From positions 1-59,462 of the forward strand of contig NW_020846322.1 in NCBI RefSeq assembly GCF_003704095.1: a stretch of 59,462 nucleotides of DNA, read 5' to 3'. Below, piece by piece: positions 40,801 to 53,200 of this stretch. The position numbers and the translations under genes were made by a program. Under the pieces are notes generated by a model. It searched no databases and was not told the origin of the DNA. It was given only the letters and a program-made list of their open reading frames with translations. Every line of letters starts with the position of its first letter. The first letter of the stretch is position 1. Source of the DNA: Pocillopora damicornis. Lineage: Eukaryota.

Positions 40801-43800
40801 TTGGTATATTCCGCGCTGAGCTCTTTAAGGCGCAGGTCCAGGTTGTTACTTTCTTCTTGTAAACGGTGCCTCTCCCCGTTGGCAGAGATCAATTCCTTTA
40901 TAATGCAACAGAATTATATAACATCAGTTACATTACTGAAATGAAAATAAAAATGAAAGGCCCTGTTTTTGAGTCCTAACAAGGGTGATCGCGTTGTGCT
41001 CAATAGAAACAGCACAGTGCCTCTTTTCCGCCAGAATTGGAGAGCATTCCTTCATTTCGAAAACCGAGAACTTAACGTAAAAACAATTGAACCGCTCGAA
41101 GCGCGGGAAAACGCGGGTGACCAACTTGCGATCGGTGTAAGTTTTGAATCTGATTGGTTGAGAAAGTGGCAGACGTCACGGACCATTCACAGAGCAAACT
41201 AAAGCAAAACTAACGTGATCTGGTATCACACTGGTTCTGCTTTACTTCGCTTTGTAAACTGAGTTGCTCAAAGAACGATATGGAAAAGCCACTAGGGCTT
41301 TTAAGAGTAGAATCTTATCCACGGATGGAAACCATCTCGTAGCCTTTGCTGGTTCTTTTAAGAAGGAATGGATTTCTTTAAATTTTTCCTTCAAAAATCG
41401 TGCCCCAACAATAGAGGCAATAGACTGAACAGAAAGAGTATGAGGCGTTCCTAATTTATCAGAGTCAAAGTCTGCCTTTCTTGAAGATAGATGTCCCCTA
41501 AATCATTTTCCCAGAGGTAAGCTATCACAAACTATTACTCGAGCAACAAAAACATTACTTACAGAAGACTGAAGGGCTAATTTCCGCTGAATCACCCGAA
41601 GAGATTCCTTGGAGTCTTTCAGCTCTTGAGTCAATTTGGATCTAAAGAAACAAATCTTTATGATTAAATTTTACACAAAGTAGATCCCTATCACTGAGAA
41701 CACCCTCAACCCTTTATATCCTGACATCTGTATGCATATTTTTCATACTTTTTCCATGCGTTTTCTATGGTACTAGTAATGAGAATTTGTTCAACAGTCG
41801 AGAGCTTCTTAAGGTTGTGATCATTTCCTTTATTCTCATGACCTTAATGTGTGAGTCAGGGGCGACATTGTAAGGAGAAATTAGAGACTAGTCTCTCTTG
41901 GGGGTTGAAAGTTAAGGTTTATGAAAAACTAGTAGTTGGAGACCAAATACAAGAACAGGAAAAGCCATATACATTCTATCTTCCAACTTGACCAGTTCTC
42001 TTTGATGCTGAGTCCTGAGAACCTCCACCCGTCCTTCTCGTTGTTGGCTGTTTTGAAATAACTGTAATAACAAAAAATGAAACTGTTAGCAAACAACATA
42101 GGATGTCTAACAGCCCTTCAACTGCCTGCAATATCGGAAAGGTAATTCTCCCACTTGATGCCAACATATTTCTCCTCCAGTTTGTCCTGTGAACTTGATT
42201 TTAAATCCAAAAATTACTCCCTGGTTAATAAATTTCTCCTCTCTCAGTAACTATCAGTTTGCTCTTTAAAATAGCAGGAAAATTCAAATAACGTTCACTT
42301 CTGGGAGTAGGGACAGCAATCCAACAGAATTTCTTAGCTAAAACGTTTTGGCAGAAACACTTTTGGATAGATGAATAACACGCAAATTATCTCAGTGAGC
42401 AAGAGGTTAAATCCTTTGGACTTTTGGATCAAATATACATTACCTGTTTTTCAAGTTCGAGCTTCTCGGACTGCAAGGAAAGCACACTTTTGGACAAATC
42501 ATCCTGTATTGAACAGATAGTCAGAGAATCAAGCCATATTAACTACTGCACACATCGTTACATGATCAATTTGAAAATCAAACATGAAGCAACAAAGTTT
42601 GAATTGAAACCTGGTTTAGGGAAAGAACAATAAAAGGTCATGCTACCTTCTCACGGAGAGAGCTCCTTGAAAACTTGCTGGCCAACCTTCTAAGTTGGTC
42701 ATAATACTCCTAGAAACAAAGAAAACATCTGATATTATTATCGTGTTATTTCATTTCATGCTCCTTTTGAACTGAATATAGAGGTCAGATTCTTTGAATT
42801 TAGATGTTCTTTACTTCAAAACTACGACCCTAAAAAGGACTGCAGTTGGTAACAGTGGCATTGGTCTTGACAACCTGAGTGGGAGTCGCAACTCTTAACT
42901 ATGATGATTTCCAACACTCATGGCCAAGAACTTCCCTCATAGGTTCAATTTACATAAACTTACAATTCTTTTAACCATTTCAGCTGATCAGCCTAAAGTT
43001 GGTGCTTATACAGGAAAATTGTGCCATCGGAATTATACCAGCAACAACTTTAACAACTGCACCAGTAGCATGCAGATCAGGCCAGTGTAGCATGTAGACA
43101 AAAAGTGGCTTAGTTCAACTACCAGTTCTCTGTGGCTGAGTTGCTAGTAGAGCACACAAACTTGAAATTGGGGAGCAAGTACTCAGTATTCTCTAAGTGA
43201 AAATTATAGTTGCCATCAATGAAAGAGATTTGTACCCCTCGCAATGCCTGTACCTTATCAACCACTCTAACTCTAAATCAAACATGGTCGGCCAGATAAA
43301 CAATTGTGAGCATGTAAAACTAATGCAACCCAATAAGATCCCTGCTATTGAATGGATGATTACACAAAATATTCATTTTCAATGGGAGAACATGGATGCT
43401 CCTGGTTTTAAATAACATATTATTGTAATAGTCAGGTTAATCTTTAGACAACAAGAAAGTAAAATAAAGTGTTTGTTAAATGTCCTCAACCTTCATTGTT
43501 TCAAGCTCCACAGCTTCTTTATCACTCTGTAGTTTTTCCTTTGTGTTGAGCAGCGTCACAAGTTCCAAACCCAACTCTTCGTTTTTGGCCACCTTATAAA
43601 AATATAAAAAAGATTATTTAGCATAAAATTGAAATTATGTAGTAGCTTTGTGCAAGTATAATACATGGAATCTAAAAATAAAAAAGATAAGGTTAAAGAC
43701 CTGACTGGGTCATTGTATAATTTTCTCAGAAGGGACATTTTCTTTTCAAAGTGCCTCTCTTGACCAAGGAGTAATTGGGTACAAGGAAACTTTCACTGAA

Positions 43801-46800
43801 ATCCTGGGGGAAGGGGTAAGATTCTGATGGACTGGGACCTATCCTCCTGTGTTACTTCTTAGTCCCTTCATGCCATTGAAACCATGCAGGATATCATTTT
43901 CAGGAACTCAGATAATTATTTTGTGTGCTTTTGTCTTTTAATAGCAGTCCCATTCTGCATAACTCTTGATCAATCACTCAACTCCATCTTTCAACCATCT
44001 AAGAATCAGGCTCCTCAGGCCTGACCAGGTCCATTGTGCAAGCAAGCTAAATTTCCTCACAGCATCTCATACCAAGTTTTTGCATGACATCAAGTTTTTG
44101 CTTGACACCAATTTTTTGATGTACCGATCTTGTTCAATTGTGGGAATGATTCATTACAAAGCTGGAAATTGATAGAGGAACCATTTAATTTATACTCTAA
44201 AATGCTAGGGGATGATTTACAACATCTCCATCATCTCATTTTAGCCTGATAATATGTTTGAGTTAGAGTGGTTGGTTGGGTACAGGGATTCTGTGAGAAG
44301 TACAAATTTCTTTCATAGAAGGCTACTATAATTTTTACTACGAGAATGCTGAACACTCGCTCTCCAAGTTTGTATGCCCCACTACCAACTCAGCCACAGA
44401 GAACTGGTTGGTGCACTATGAACAATATCCTACCTCCTTTTGATAGTCTGCAGTCAACTGAACATGACTGGTCTTTAAAGCAATGTACTCATTTGCCAGC
44501 TCTTTATGTTCTGTTTCCATGACAGCAAGATCTTCTTTACTTGCTGTCAAGTCAGCTTGAGCCTTATCCAAAAACATCTGAAGTTCCATGACATTATTTT
44601 CAAGAGCAAGCACCTGAAATGAAGGGGAAAAATCAGTGATTTTCTCACATCCTGTTCAGTAATTGACACTGTATCTCAGAGACTTATCATTATAATTTTA
44701 AATTTAAAGGTTTTCTGCCCTACCAACTGAGGCACAGAGAACTTGTTGGTGCTCTTATAAAGCCAAATGACAGACACTATAATAAGCTTTTAATGATAGA
44801 GGATCTGTATGGGCCATATGACTCATGAATACAAATTATACAATCTGTAAGGATCATACAGAGTGAAAACTCAGGTTGACAAGTAGTACGACATTGGACA
44901 TGGATGCAATTACACAGACCTGACCTGGATGTTATTGTTGTAAAGTTTTTGCAGGTGTGATTCAGATGACACAATTCATGTGTGAGCAATATTGTAAGCT
45001 GATCAGCTTTGATGGTTAAAAGAATTGCATTATGTAAATTGGACCTAAGAAACCCAAGGAAATTCTTAAACACATTTCACCAACAAACAAAGTACAAGTT
45101 AGAACAAAATTGCTTCTTGAGGTTATTTATTGAAGAGTACTGCATGGTCTCTACCTACCTTATTGTTGAAGTCAAAATTGACAGCCTCTGCATCTTCCTG
45201 GATTCTATTATTTTCCAACTGAATGTCAACCAATGTCTTAGAAATCTAATGAGTATCAAAAATATAAAGTTTTCATGACAAAATAAAGTCCCTCAACCTC
45301 AGTTTTAAAAAACGGTTTTTCAATAATATCCCCTCCCCTGATCTAGTTATCTAAGCACTTTTTCAATACAAAATATTTAAAAGATATAGCACCAAAAATA
45401 GCAAAACTGGTATTCTAACATGCTTTCTGATCAACTAAATTGTATCTCTTCATTTTCTTTCAAAAAAACTTAGTACTTAAAAATTATCTAGGATACTATA
45501 ACAGAAGTTTCAAAAACGTTTTTCAAACTTTAAGGTAGTTGTCAATGGTGAATTAGACAGCTGTGCAGACAATGAATGAATTATATCAATCAGATCCCTT
45601 CAATCTTGACAATTGTTTAAAAGCTGTAGTGGCCCACTACAAAAAAAATTAAAATTTGACTGAAACCCCTGATACAAGAAGAAACCAAGGAAAAATAGAA
45701 GAAGAAACAAACCTGTAATTTTTCTTCTTCACTAGAGATCAACTTTGAAGAGAGCTGTGTCTTTGAATTCATCAGTTCACTGTATCTTGTCTGTATCTCG
45801 TCAAGCCTTGTGTATAACTGCTCATTTTTCTCCTGTAACTTAAACTATAGCCACAAAAAAATACAATAATAACCAGTTAGGGGTGAGACTCAACTACTGT
45901 AACATAAAGTCTGACATTATGGTTTTTAGTCGCATCTGCACTGAACCCTTAAATTCCAAAGGTTCAATATATTTGTACCAGTAATTGTTCCCTACAGCTG
46001 ATAAGATTGTCTTTTCTCACTGTGTATAATGGATAATGTACTGATATAGTAAGGAGAAATTAATAAGTTTTTGTCACTTCCTTAATCAGAAGGATTGTCG
46101 TTAAGGACTAACATTCCCATCATTAAAATCATTAAGGGATTTTCCTCTTGTCTGATTAGTCCTTGTGATCACTTTAGTTTATGTTTTCAACACTCAAGCA
46201 AAAGTGCTCAGCTATCTTCCAAGTTCAACTTACATTTTCCTGTGTGAGCTGTGTCATTTGATCTTTCAGTTCCTGTGCCCTGCCTGGAGTTTCTCCTGTA
46301 CCTAAGCTCCTACCACCACCTGACATTTGGATGTCATCTTGAAGTTTCATAATTAGGGTTCGATACTGACATAAGAGTTCCTGTGTGAAGACAAAAGACA
46401 ACCTATCAATCACAATGTCAGCTAACACACTCTTCTAAATAACTCAGAGAGTCAAGACCATTTCCCACTTAGTCTCATTTACACATAGAAGATTCTTGAA
46501 AAAGTCTCTGAAAATTGTGTGGTTTGGTGGTCATGTGAAGGTACATGAAATGTTGAAAAGGAATGTTCTTGGTGATGATCACAGGTGTTTTCCACAAGCT
46601 CAGCAGAGGTCAGCATTTTTGTGAAATGGTGACCACCACTTGGATGATCTACTCACTGTGACTGCTTAGAACAGTCCCATTTGATTTTGCACCTGTCGAC
46701 TTGCACATCCTAGCTTCACTTCTCACCGCTTCAAATCAAAAACTTAAATTTTCACATAAACACACACACCTTTGCCATAAAGTCATTGATAACAGGATAA

Positions 46801-49800
46801 TTTTGTACTTGAGCAAGCTGCCCAGCAGTTCTGAGTACAGTTGAAAGACTGGAACTATCAGAAGGGTGCAGTGTTACCAACGCTTTTGTTTTGCAGTTTC
46901 CACCAAGTGCATCTTTTAGTAACATGGTCACTTTAGACTCTCTGAAAAGTCAAAAAATGAGCACTACAACAACAGTTTAAGCTAATGAAGTACACATTTT
47001 TAAACTTATTGTCACCATGAACATAGCATTAGCTCAGATATAACTCAGCTAGTCTCTTTTTTTTTTCCATTCCTTAGCTAGCATCACAACCAATCATTTT
47101 TTTTCTCCTGAATAAAGAAAAAAGTGTTCGGAGAAAAAAATCTCACCTATCCCCCAGTCCCTCTCCCAAGCATTTGTCAGGTTTCGCTGTCAGTTTACCA
47201 AAACCCATTCATATTCCTCCGTGGAGAGACATGGAGTGAGATGCACAGTTATCCATCTTACCTAACCCCAACCCCCCATACCAACAGTTTCTTTGATTTT
47301 CCTAACATTTCACCAGTACAAATTTGTACTCCCACAGGTGGAGAGAGAGAGAAGCACTTTATTTTATTAAAGAATACAACATGATGACCCAAACAGGTCA
47401 GACAGAGACCTGCTGATCCAGAGAACCACACACCTGGCAATCACTCAGCCAGGTGTTTCTCTCAGGTACAAAAGTCAAACACTCACCCATAATTGATGAC
47501 TCTTGTAGACTTTGGAGCTGCAGCTAATTGAGCTACAAGATTCCCAAATGCAAGTAGAGACCTATTTAAAGTAGGACCTTCCCTCATGCGCAGCTGTGTA
47601 GGGTCTTCAGCTAGTTTTTCTGCTCCAGGTAATTTCACCACAAGAAAACGAGATGTAAACAGATCCTGACCATCTTTTGGAACCTTTATGGGCAAAGAAA
47701 AGCTGATTCAGGAAGAATAAAAGCATGTAACTTCTCTCTACAATAAGACTGCTAAATCATGAGATTAAAGGAAATGATAACCAACCTGGGAAGCTTTGAT
47801 TGTTAAACAAATTCTCCCTATCAATATGAAAGGAAATGTGTACAAAAAAATATGGAGAATATAGATACTGATGTCAGGGTGTACAGGGTTAAATTTACAT
47901 ATATGTGACAAATATACAATAAGCAAACCCATTGCCACCATATCTCCCACATAGAGGATCCTGTATGCTTAGATTTGATATCTAAGAGTGTTTTCAAGTC
48001 CTTGAACCCTTTAACTCCCAAGATCTTGTTAGTAAATCTCCCTACTGTTTGCCAAACAATTCTCATCACGTTATGGTGTGGAGAATTTGGTATTGGATCA
48101 ATTAGTAATCCCATAATTGATATTTTTCTTTATCATCATCACTTGTCTGCATGACATTGTATAGATATAGTAAGGAGAAATTCTATCTTAATCACTCACG
48201 GGAGTTAAAGAGAACTTGTGGATTTAAAAGGAAAATATTTCAGGGTAAAAACTTGTTGTTTAATAGGTGAATACTCAAGTATGGTCATAACTTTTTCACA
48301 CACTCACCATTGACATGTCAAGTGAGAAGAAAACTGTGGTTCTTGTTTCAAAATCTGTTTGTCCCATGGCTCTGTTTGACCACCCCTGACGAAATACATT
48401 GGTACACTCTGCTGCATCAACAACCCTCTTGTAAGTCGCATTCTGCACATGCACTCCATTGCGTCCATCTTCCACAACATCAATATACTTGTCTGATTAT
48501 AAATTAAATATGATTAAGAAGTTAGTATGGTACAGTATGCCTCTATAACATCTGATTACAGAGCTATTGATTCTCAAACCTTGAGTATGAGACTCATGTT
48601 TACTATTAATGAATTAAATCTTACACACTCATCCAGAAACTATTATTTCTCACACATTTAAGTTTCTTACTTAAACTGTTGACTTTGAGAAAGACAACTC
48701 TTGAATTATAATATATAGATTTAGCCTAGCCTACAAGCAGAGCTCGCATTTTTTTTACCACATGTCTCAAGGGCACAACACCTTGCCCCGGCCAGGACTA
48801 GAACCCGAGTCATCCGACTCAGAGCCCAGTGCACTGACCACTGGACTACTGGACAAAGCCGTGGTGTTGGCGTGCCCATGGTAGAGTTGACCATCAAAAT
48901 CAAAGACTGCTGTCCAAAATCCCACTCTTTGCCAGTAAATAGACTTGAGAGCTCTGCACTGTACTGTGCTGTAGTGAATAAGGATAGACCCATATCGATA
49001 CCAAATATTCAATACCGGCAATACCAAGGTCTGATCAGACAATAATGCTATTAATGTAAAGTATCAAAACTTTTGATATTGCATGCGACCTGCCCATGCT
49101 TTGTCTCACACAGGTGACCATTTGCTGGTAAGGAGCCAAAAAGATTTTGGGCTTGAGTTTGGGCAATGAGCACCTCAGTGTACCAGTCTGAGTGGCTTGC
49201 AAGTGTTGCAAGAGTGAACTCATTGATGACCGTCAGTTTCAACTTAAGCACAATTGGTTTAAGTTTTTGACTGTCTTGTTGATGCTTCTGTGGAGTATTC
49301 ACAAAACATAACTTAACAGTGCAAGATAACCCCATATCAAGTTAATCAAAACATGTGACTTATCATATAACTTTATGACGTCACAGTATCGATATCAGTA
49401 GCGATATGGAAGAAAATCGTGAGCATCACTCTCGGTAATTCGTATCTACTCGGAAAAACCATTTCGGCCCATCCTTAGTAGTAAATCATGCAGACCTACC
49501 TTCATGTGGTAGTAGCAGCAGATCTCTTACTTTTTCGTTAAAGACCTCGTAAAACTGTACAAACACAACTCCGTCATTCGGATCATTTCTCTGTATTCTT
49601 TGTTCCCTTCGAGCTGACCTTTCACCTTTTACTCGAGTAAAAACAGAATTTATTATCAGGGGAATCAACCCAGCCTTGGAATTTTTCTCCCCTGCAAGAG
49701 AGAACGATTTTCCAGATCCTGATTCTCCAAAAACCAAGAAACAAACATTGTAACCAGCGATGAAGAGTTCTATCAGTGGCAGCAAGGAGTCTTTGAAAAT

Positions 49801-49947
49801 ATCATAGGTCACTGATTCCGATTTGTAAACAGATCCAAATATGTGACCAGTTCCATCACTTGCTTGCACGCGGGTACCCGAAAGATTTAGAGAATAGTGC
49901 TCTCCCCGTATGGGTGGTCGAATACGAGCTAAAACCTCCACATTCAT
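37830..49947 (-). CDS. CCDC78: Kinesin-like (degenerate motor) domain fused to CCDC78/DUF4472-type coiled coil, ~914 aa, 21 exons
   Basis: Exons: 49947-49500, 48492-48308, 47683-47487, 46941-46770, 46380-46234, 45844-45713, 45245-45159, 44613-44434, 43592-43491, 42709-42647, 42503-42444, 42061-41973, 41641-41563, 40895-40770, 40200-40010, 39891-39789, 39689-39618, 39070-39018, 38609-38525, 38266-38166, 37902-37830. All are GT-AG and phase-consistent (2745 nt, no internal stop). Motor motifs: ARIRP, GYNVCFLVFGESGSGKS, FYEVFNEKVRDLL, NRSLLAFG, YGESKVTMLLKDALGGNCKT. CCDC78-like motifs: EEEKLQISKTLVDIQLENN, WGYLRKQLREFTLNTQ, LESERASLMTRCIMAEEQLARLQHYIDTNLKRYQEEIVRLR. Confidence 0.85.
38636..39446. 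repeat. Two unclassified interspersed repeats (~38636-38967 and ~39092-39446) in CCDC78 introns
   Basis: Motifs such as GCGCTTCTGATTGGCT, GTAACACGAGTGCAAAGTTAC and repeated ACAGTGTAC/GGACAGTACGCGTCATG resemble common coral non-autonomous repeats; family not assignable. Confidence 0.4.
41708..41915. mobile_element. piggyBac-type MITE, family B
   Basis: AACCCTTTATATCC...GGGGTTGAAAGTTAA; internal match to 6659-6860. Confidence 0.65.
48005..48212. mobile_element. piggyBac-type MITE, family A
   Basis: AACCCTTTAACTCCC...GGGAGTTAAAG; internal match to 5747-5949. Confidence 0.7.
48740..48862 (-). mobile_element. tRNA-derived SINE head
   Basis: Reverse strand has A-box-like TAGTCCAGTGG and B-box-like GGTTCTAGTCC, followed by GGCCGGGGC..TGTTGTGCCCTTG; no complete cloverleaf. 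Confidence 0.6.
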
Positions 49948-50218
49948 TTAGAAATTTGTGAAAGTATTGTACGTTTGCAAAGACGATTATTGACCGCCAT
50001 TTTTAAAGGTAACAACTGTAGCAGCCTGGCCTGTTGAAAATCGCGAGGCCACCAAGTGGGAATATAACATTGATGTCAAGAACCTTTTAGACGAACTTGA
50101 ATTCAAAGATGAAGGAAACTTCGAGCAAGGAAAGAAAAAGGACGTTTTACTGTAGCGTAGCCTTGGAACTTTACCTCTTATAATCATTCAAGTAGCACAT
50201 TGGTGAATTTTCGCGACA
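49948..50218. promoter_or_regulatory. Bidirectional promoter region, kinesin-CCDC78 / REXO1
   Basis: The two start codons face apart, 271 bp apart; YY1-like CCGCCATTTT at ~49995. Confidence 0.7.
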
Positions 50219-53200
50219 ATGTTTCCTACAGCAGGGTATTTCCGGAGTACAAACTGTCCATTCTTTGTTCACGGTCTGTGCCACAGACCGTATTGCCATT
50301 TTCGTCACAGTAAACCCGGTACGTGGAATTTTAACACTTAAGAGGTAGAATTTGTACCTAGGGATACATTGCCCTGGACGCTAGAGTCAGACCTTTCTTT
50401 ATCTTTAAATCTTAGGGTGAAATTTAGTAGATAAAGAGATTCTTTGTGGAGTATCGAAATTAAACTTATTACATGAACGAAATCAGTGCGGGTTACTTGA
50501 GTTGTTTGGGATAATTACAGAAGCTATTAAGCGCTTAATTGTAGTCAAATGCCTTTGAAATATGGTCAATTACCGTCTAACTCTCAGGGATGATTAACTC
50601 GAAAGTTCTCCCCACAATTTCAAAAGGAGAATTGACAACTGTATTGACTAGAGACTTTTATCAAGCTGTAACACAAAATTCTCTTTCACAGCTACAAGAT
50701 TGGGTAGCACACAACTGACAAGTTTGCATGGAAGCCAGGAAAACTGTCTCTATTTCCCAAATGTAGCCCCTTGCACCCTTATTTAAATACAGTCAAACTT
50801 GTATTAAGTGGCACTACATTAAGTGGTCGCCCTGTATTACGCAGTGGATTATGAAAGTGTCTAATTTTCTTCCTCTTAGTCATTGTAATTTTCACTTCTA
50901 TTAAGCTATCACCTCAATTAACTCTCAGTACTCCCAAGATCTGATTGTTAATCCTCCCCTCTAGCTGCTACTTTACAAGAATTTAGTATTAGATCAAGAT
51001 AGGAACTTGTTCTGATAAGTTTGAGTATCCTCATTACCTGTTTGCTGGATGATGTATGGATATTATAGAAAGAAGTTACTTGGAAATCATCTCTGGGAGT
51101 TTAAGGGTCACGAGATAAAGGAAATAAAGGAGAATTTGTTTAACAATCAAGATTATCTTGATTTCATGATCATGTTCTTAATTCTCTTGTCCACAATGTT
51201 TGATTCAGGGGTGATATTGTTAGGTGAAATTAGAGGATGTTAGCAGTTAAACTTGAGCCTCAAGATGACTTGTGAGTCTGCAATAATATTTTTAAGTCAG
51301 AATTGATTTTTGGCAACCGTTCTAATACTCAAGGTTGCAATTGATGACTGTGAAGAAATCAATGAAAAGCTGGTCACAGAACCCTGAAGTGTGCATTTTC
51401 TCTCTCACACAGGGCTCAAGGCTTCAAAGAGCAGAACTTCACCTCATAAGAATAATATTGAACTACAATCCAACAATGTTAAGACTACAACACCCAGTCC
51501 AGATGTATCTGATGGAGATAAACAGCAGGCTGACATTAGAACAACTCCACCAGAAGCAACAAAAAGGAAGGTAGAAACAGTGGACAATACAAGTCCTGAA
51601 ATTGAAAATAAATTTACCACACAAACAAACACAGCTTCTAAAAGGGGCATTCTGAATAGAGGTGATGAAGAGCAGAATATTCAGGATGATCAACTTTTTA
51701 GTGTCAAAGAATCTTTGCCCAAGACCAGCTTGGATGTAACTGAACCTGTGACTAGCTCACATATGGTCAGCCCCAGTGATGAGGGCATGGAAATGTCTGA
51801 ATGGGATCGGAATGATTGTGAACAACCTATTGCTTCTCTGACTGATGAGGAGATTAAAATCATTGGGTTGACCACAGTTTCTTTACCTGGTTGCAGTCAA
51901 ACTGCTGTTAAAAGTACCAATTTAGGACAAAATTCAACTTCAAATGCTTCTAGTTGCATTGTTTCTCAAAGTAATTCCCCAGTTGTGGGAGGATTTTTTG
52001 AGAATGACACTGAAGGAGAAGGCCAAATGAAGGGTAACTTGATTGATGTTAATGTTACTGAAACTTACATTGCTAAGGAGGCAAGAATTGCTCAAATCAA
52101 GGCTGACAGTTTAGCGAAGAGACTTAAATCCAAAGCTGTGAAGGAGAAAAATGATTCATCATTGGTTTTGGAAAGTAACTATATAGAGAAGAAACAGGAA
52201 CTCACTGGAGGGAAAGAAAAATATGACGTGACTCAGGAAAAGCCACAAAGACGAAAATCTGTTCAGCTTCAAATATCTGTTGAAGGAGATGAAGACATGA
52301 AAGAGTCTTTGGATATACCTGCAAAGAAAAGAAAATCCCAGCAGTTGCCATGTGCAACTAGCTCTTCACTTCACTCTTCTGCACTAAAGAGCGAGGATAG
52401 TAACAAGGCTATGAAAAGGAAAGATAGCATTTCCAAACAGGAATATAAACTACATGAGTTGTTTTTGTCTGCATCAAAGTCACTGGAACACACCATTCAC
52501 TCTAGTAAATCACCTATGGATAATGATTCTAAAGACATAAAAAAAGGCAAAGCAAATGCATCAAAAAGAAAACTAAGCCTTGCAGAGACTGAAATAAATT
52601 TCTTTGGTCCTTCTAAAAGGCAAAACAAAACCGAGAAAATGGAAAAGCAGAAGAAAGTTAAGGAGGAAATAGCTGCTGTTAAAACTTTGAAACCCAAAAA
52701 ATTAGAAAACAGAGGATTGGAAAAGAAGAACAATTTTCAGAAAACCAAACTTCAGACAAGTGCCAAAGGTTTAACTATGTCAAGTGAAGATAGTGATTAC
52801 ATGTGCAGCCCTGCAGGAGGTGACTCAAGCCATGAGGAGAATGATTCACTGAGAAGGATTTGGAATAACTTTGAACTGCCACAAGACAACCTTGTGATAG
52901 AGAAGGATTCACAATCACCTGTTAAAAAACAGGCACAAGAATCAACAAGGAAGAGAACATTGTCCTCTGTGTCTAACGACTCTGATGTGATTAAACAACC
53001 ATCTATGGCTGATGCATTAGGACTTGGGAAGAAACAGCGAGTGGCACATATGCCCAGTCATGTAAGTTAACCATTTGCACCCTTTCATCAGTATGCATAT
53101 TCTTCACACTGTTCTCTATAAGGAGAATTTGTGTAACAATCAAGGGCTTCTTTAGTGGGTGATCATTTCTTTTATTCTCATGACCTTTAACTCCCATGAG

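Noticed and set aside
48282-48297. TGGTCATAACTTTTTC (and TTGGTCATGACC at ~8715), complementary to the histone downstream element, as a U7 snRNA candidate
   Set aside because: No U7 Sm site or hairpin follows; one lies beside a splice donor and the other inside an SLC1 exon, so likely chance
48780-48862. tRNA gene
   Set aside because: A/B boxes are present but there is no acceptor stem or cloverleaf; it continues into a SINE body
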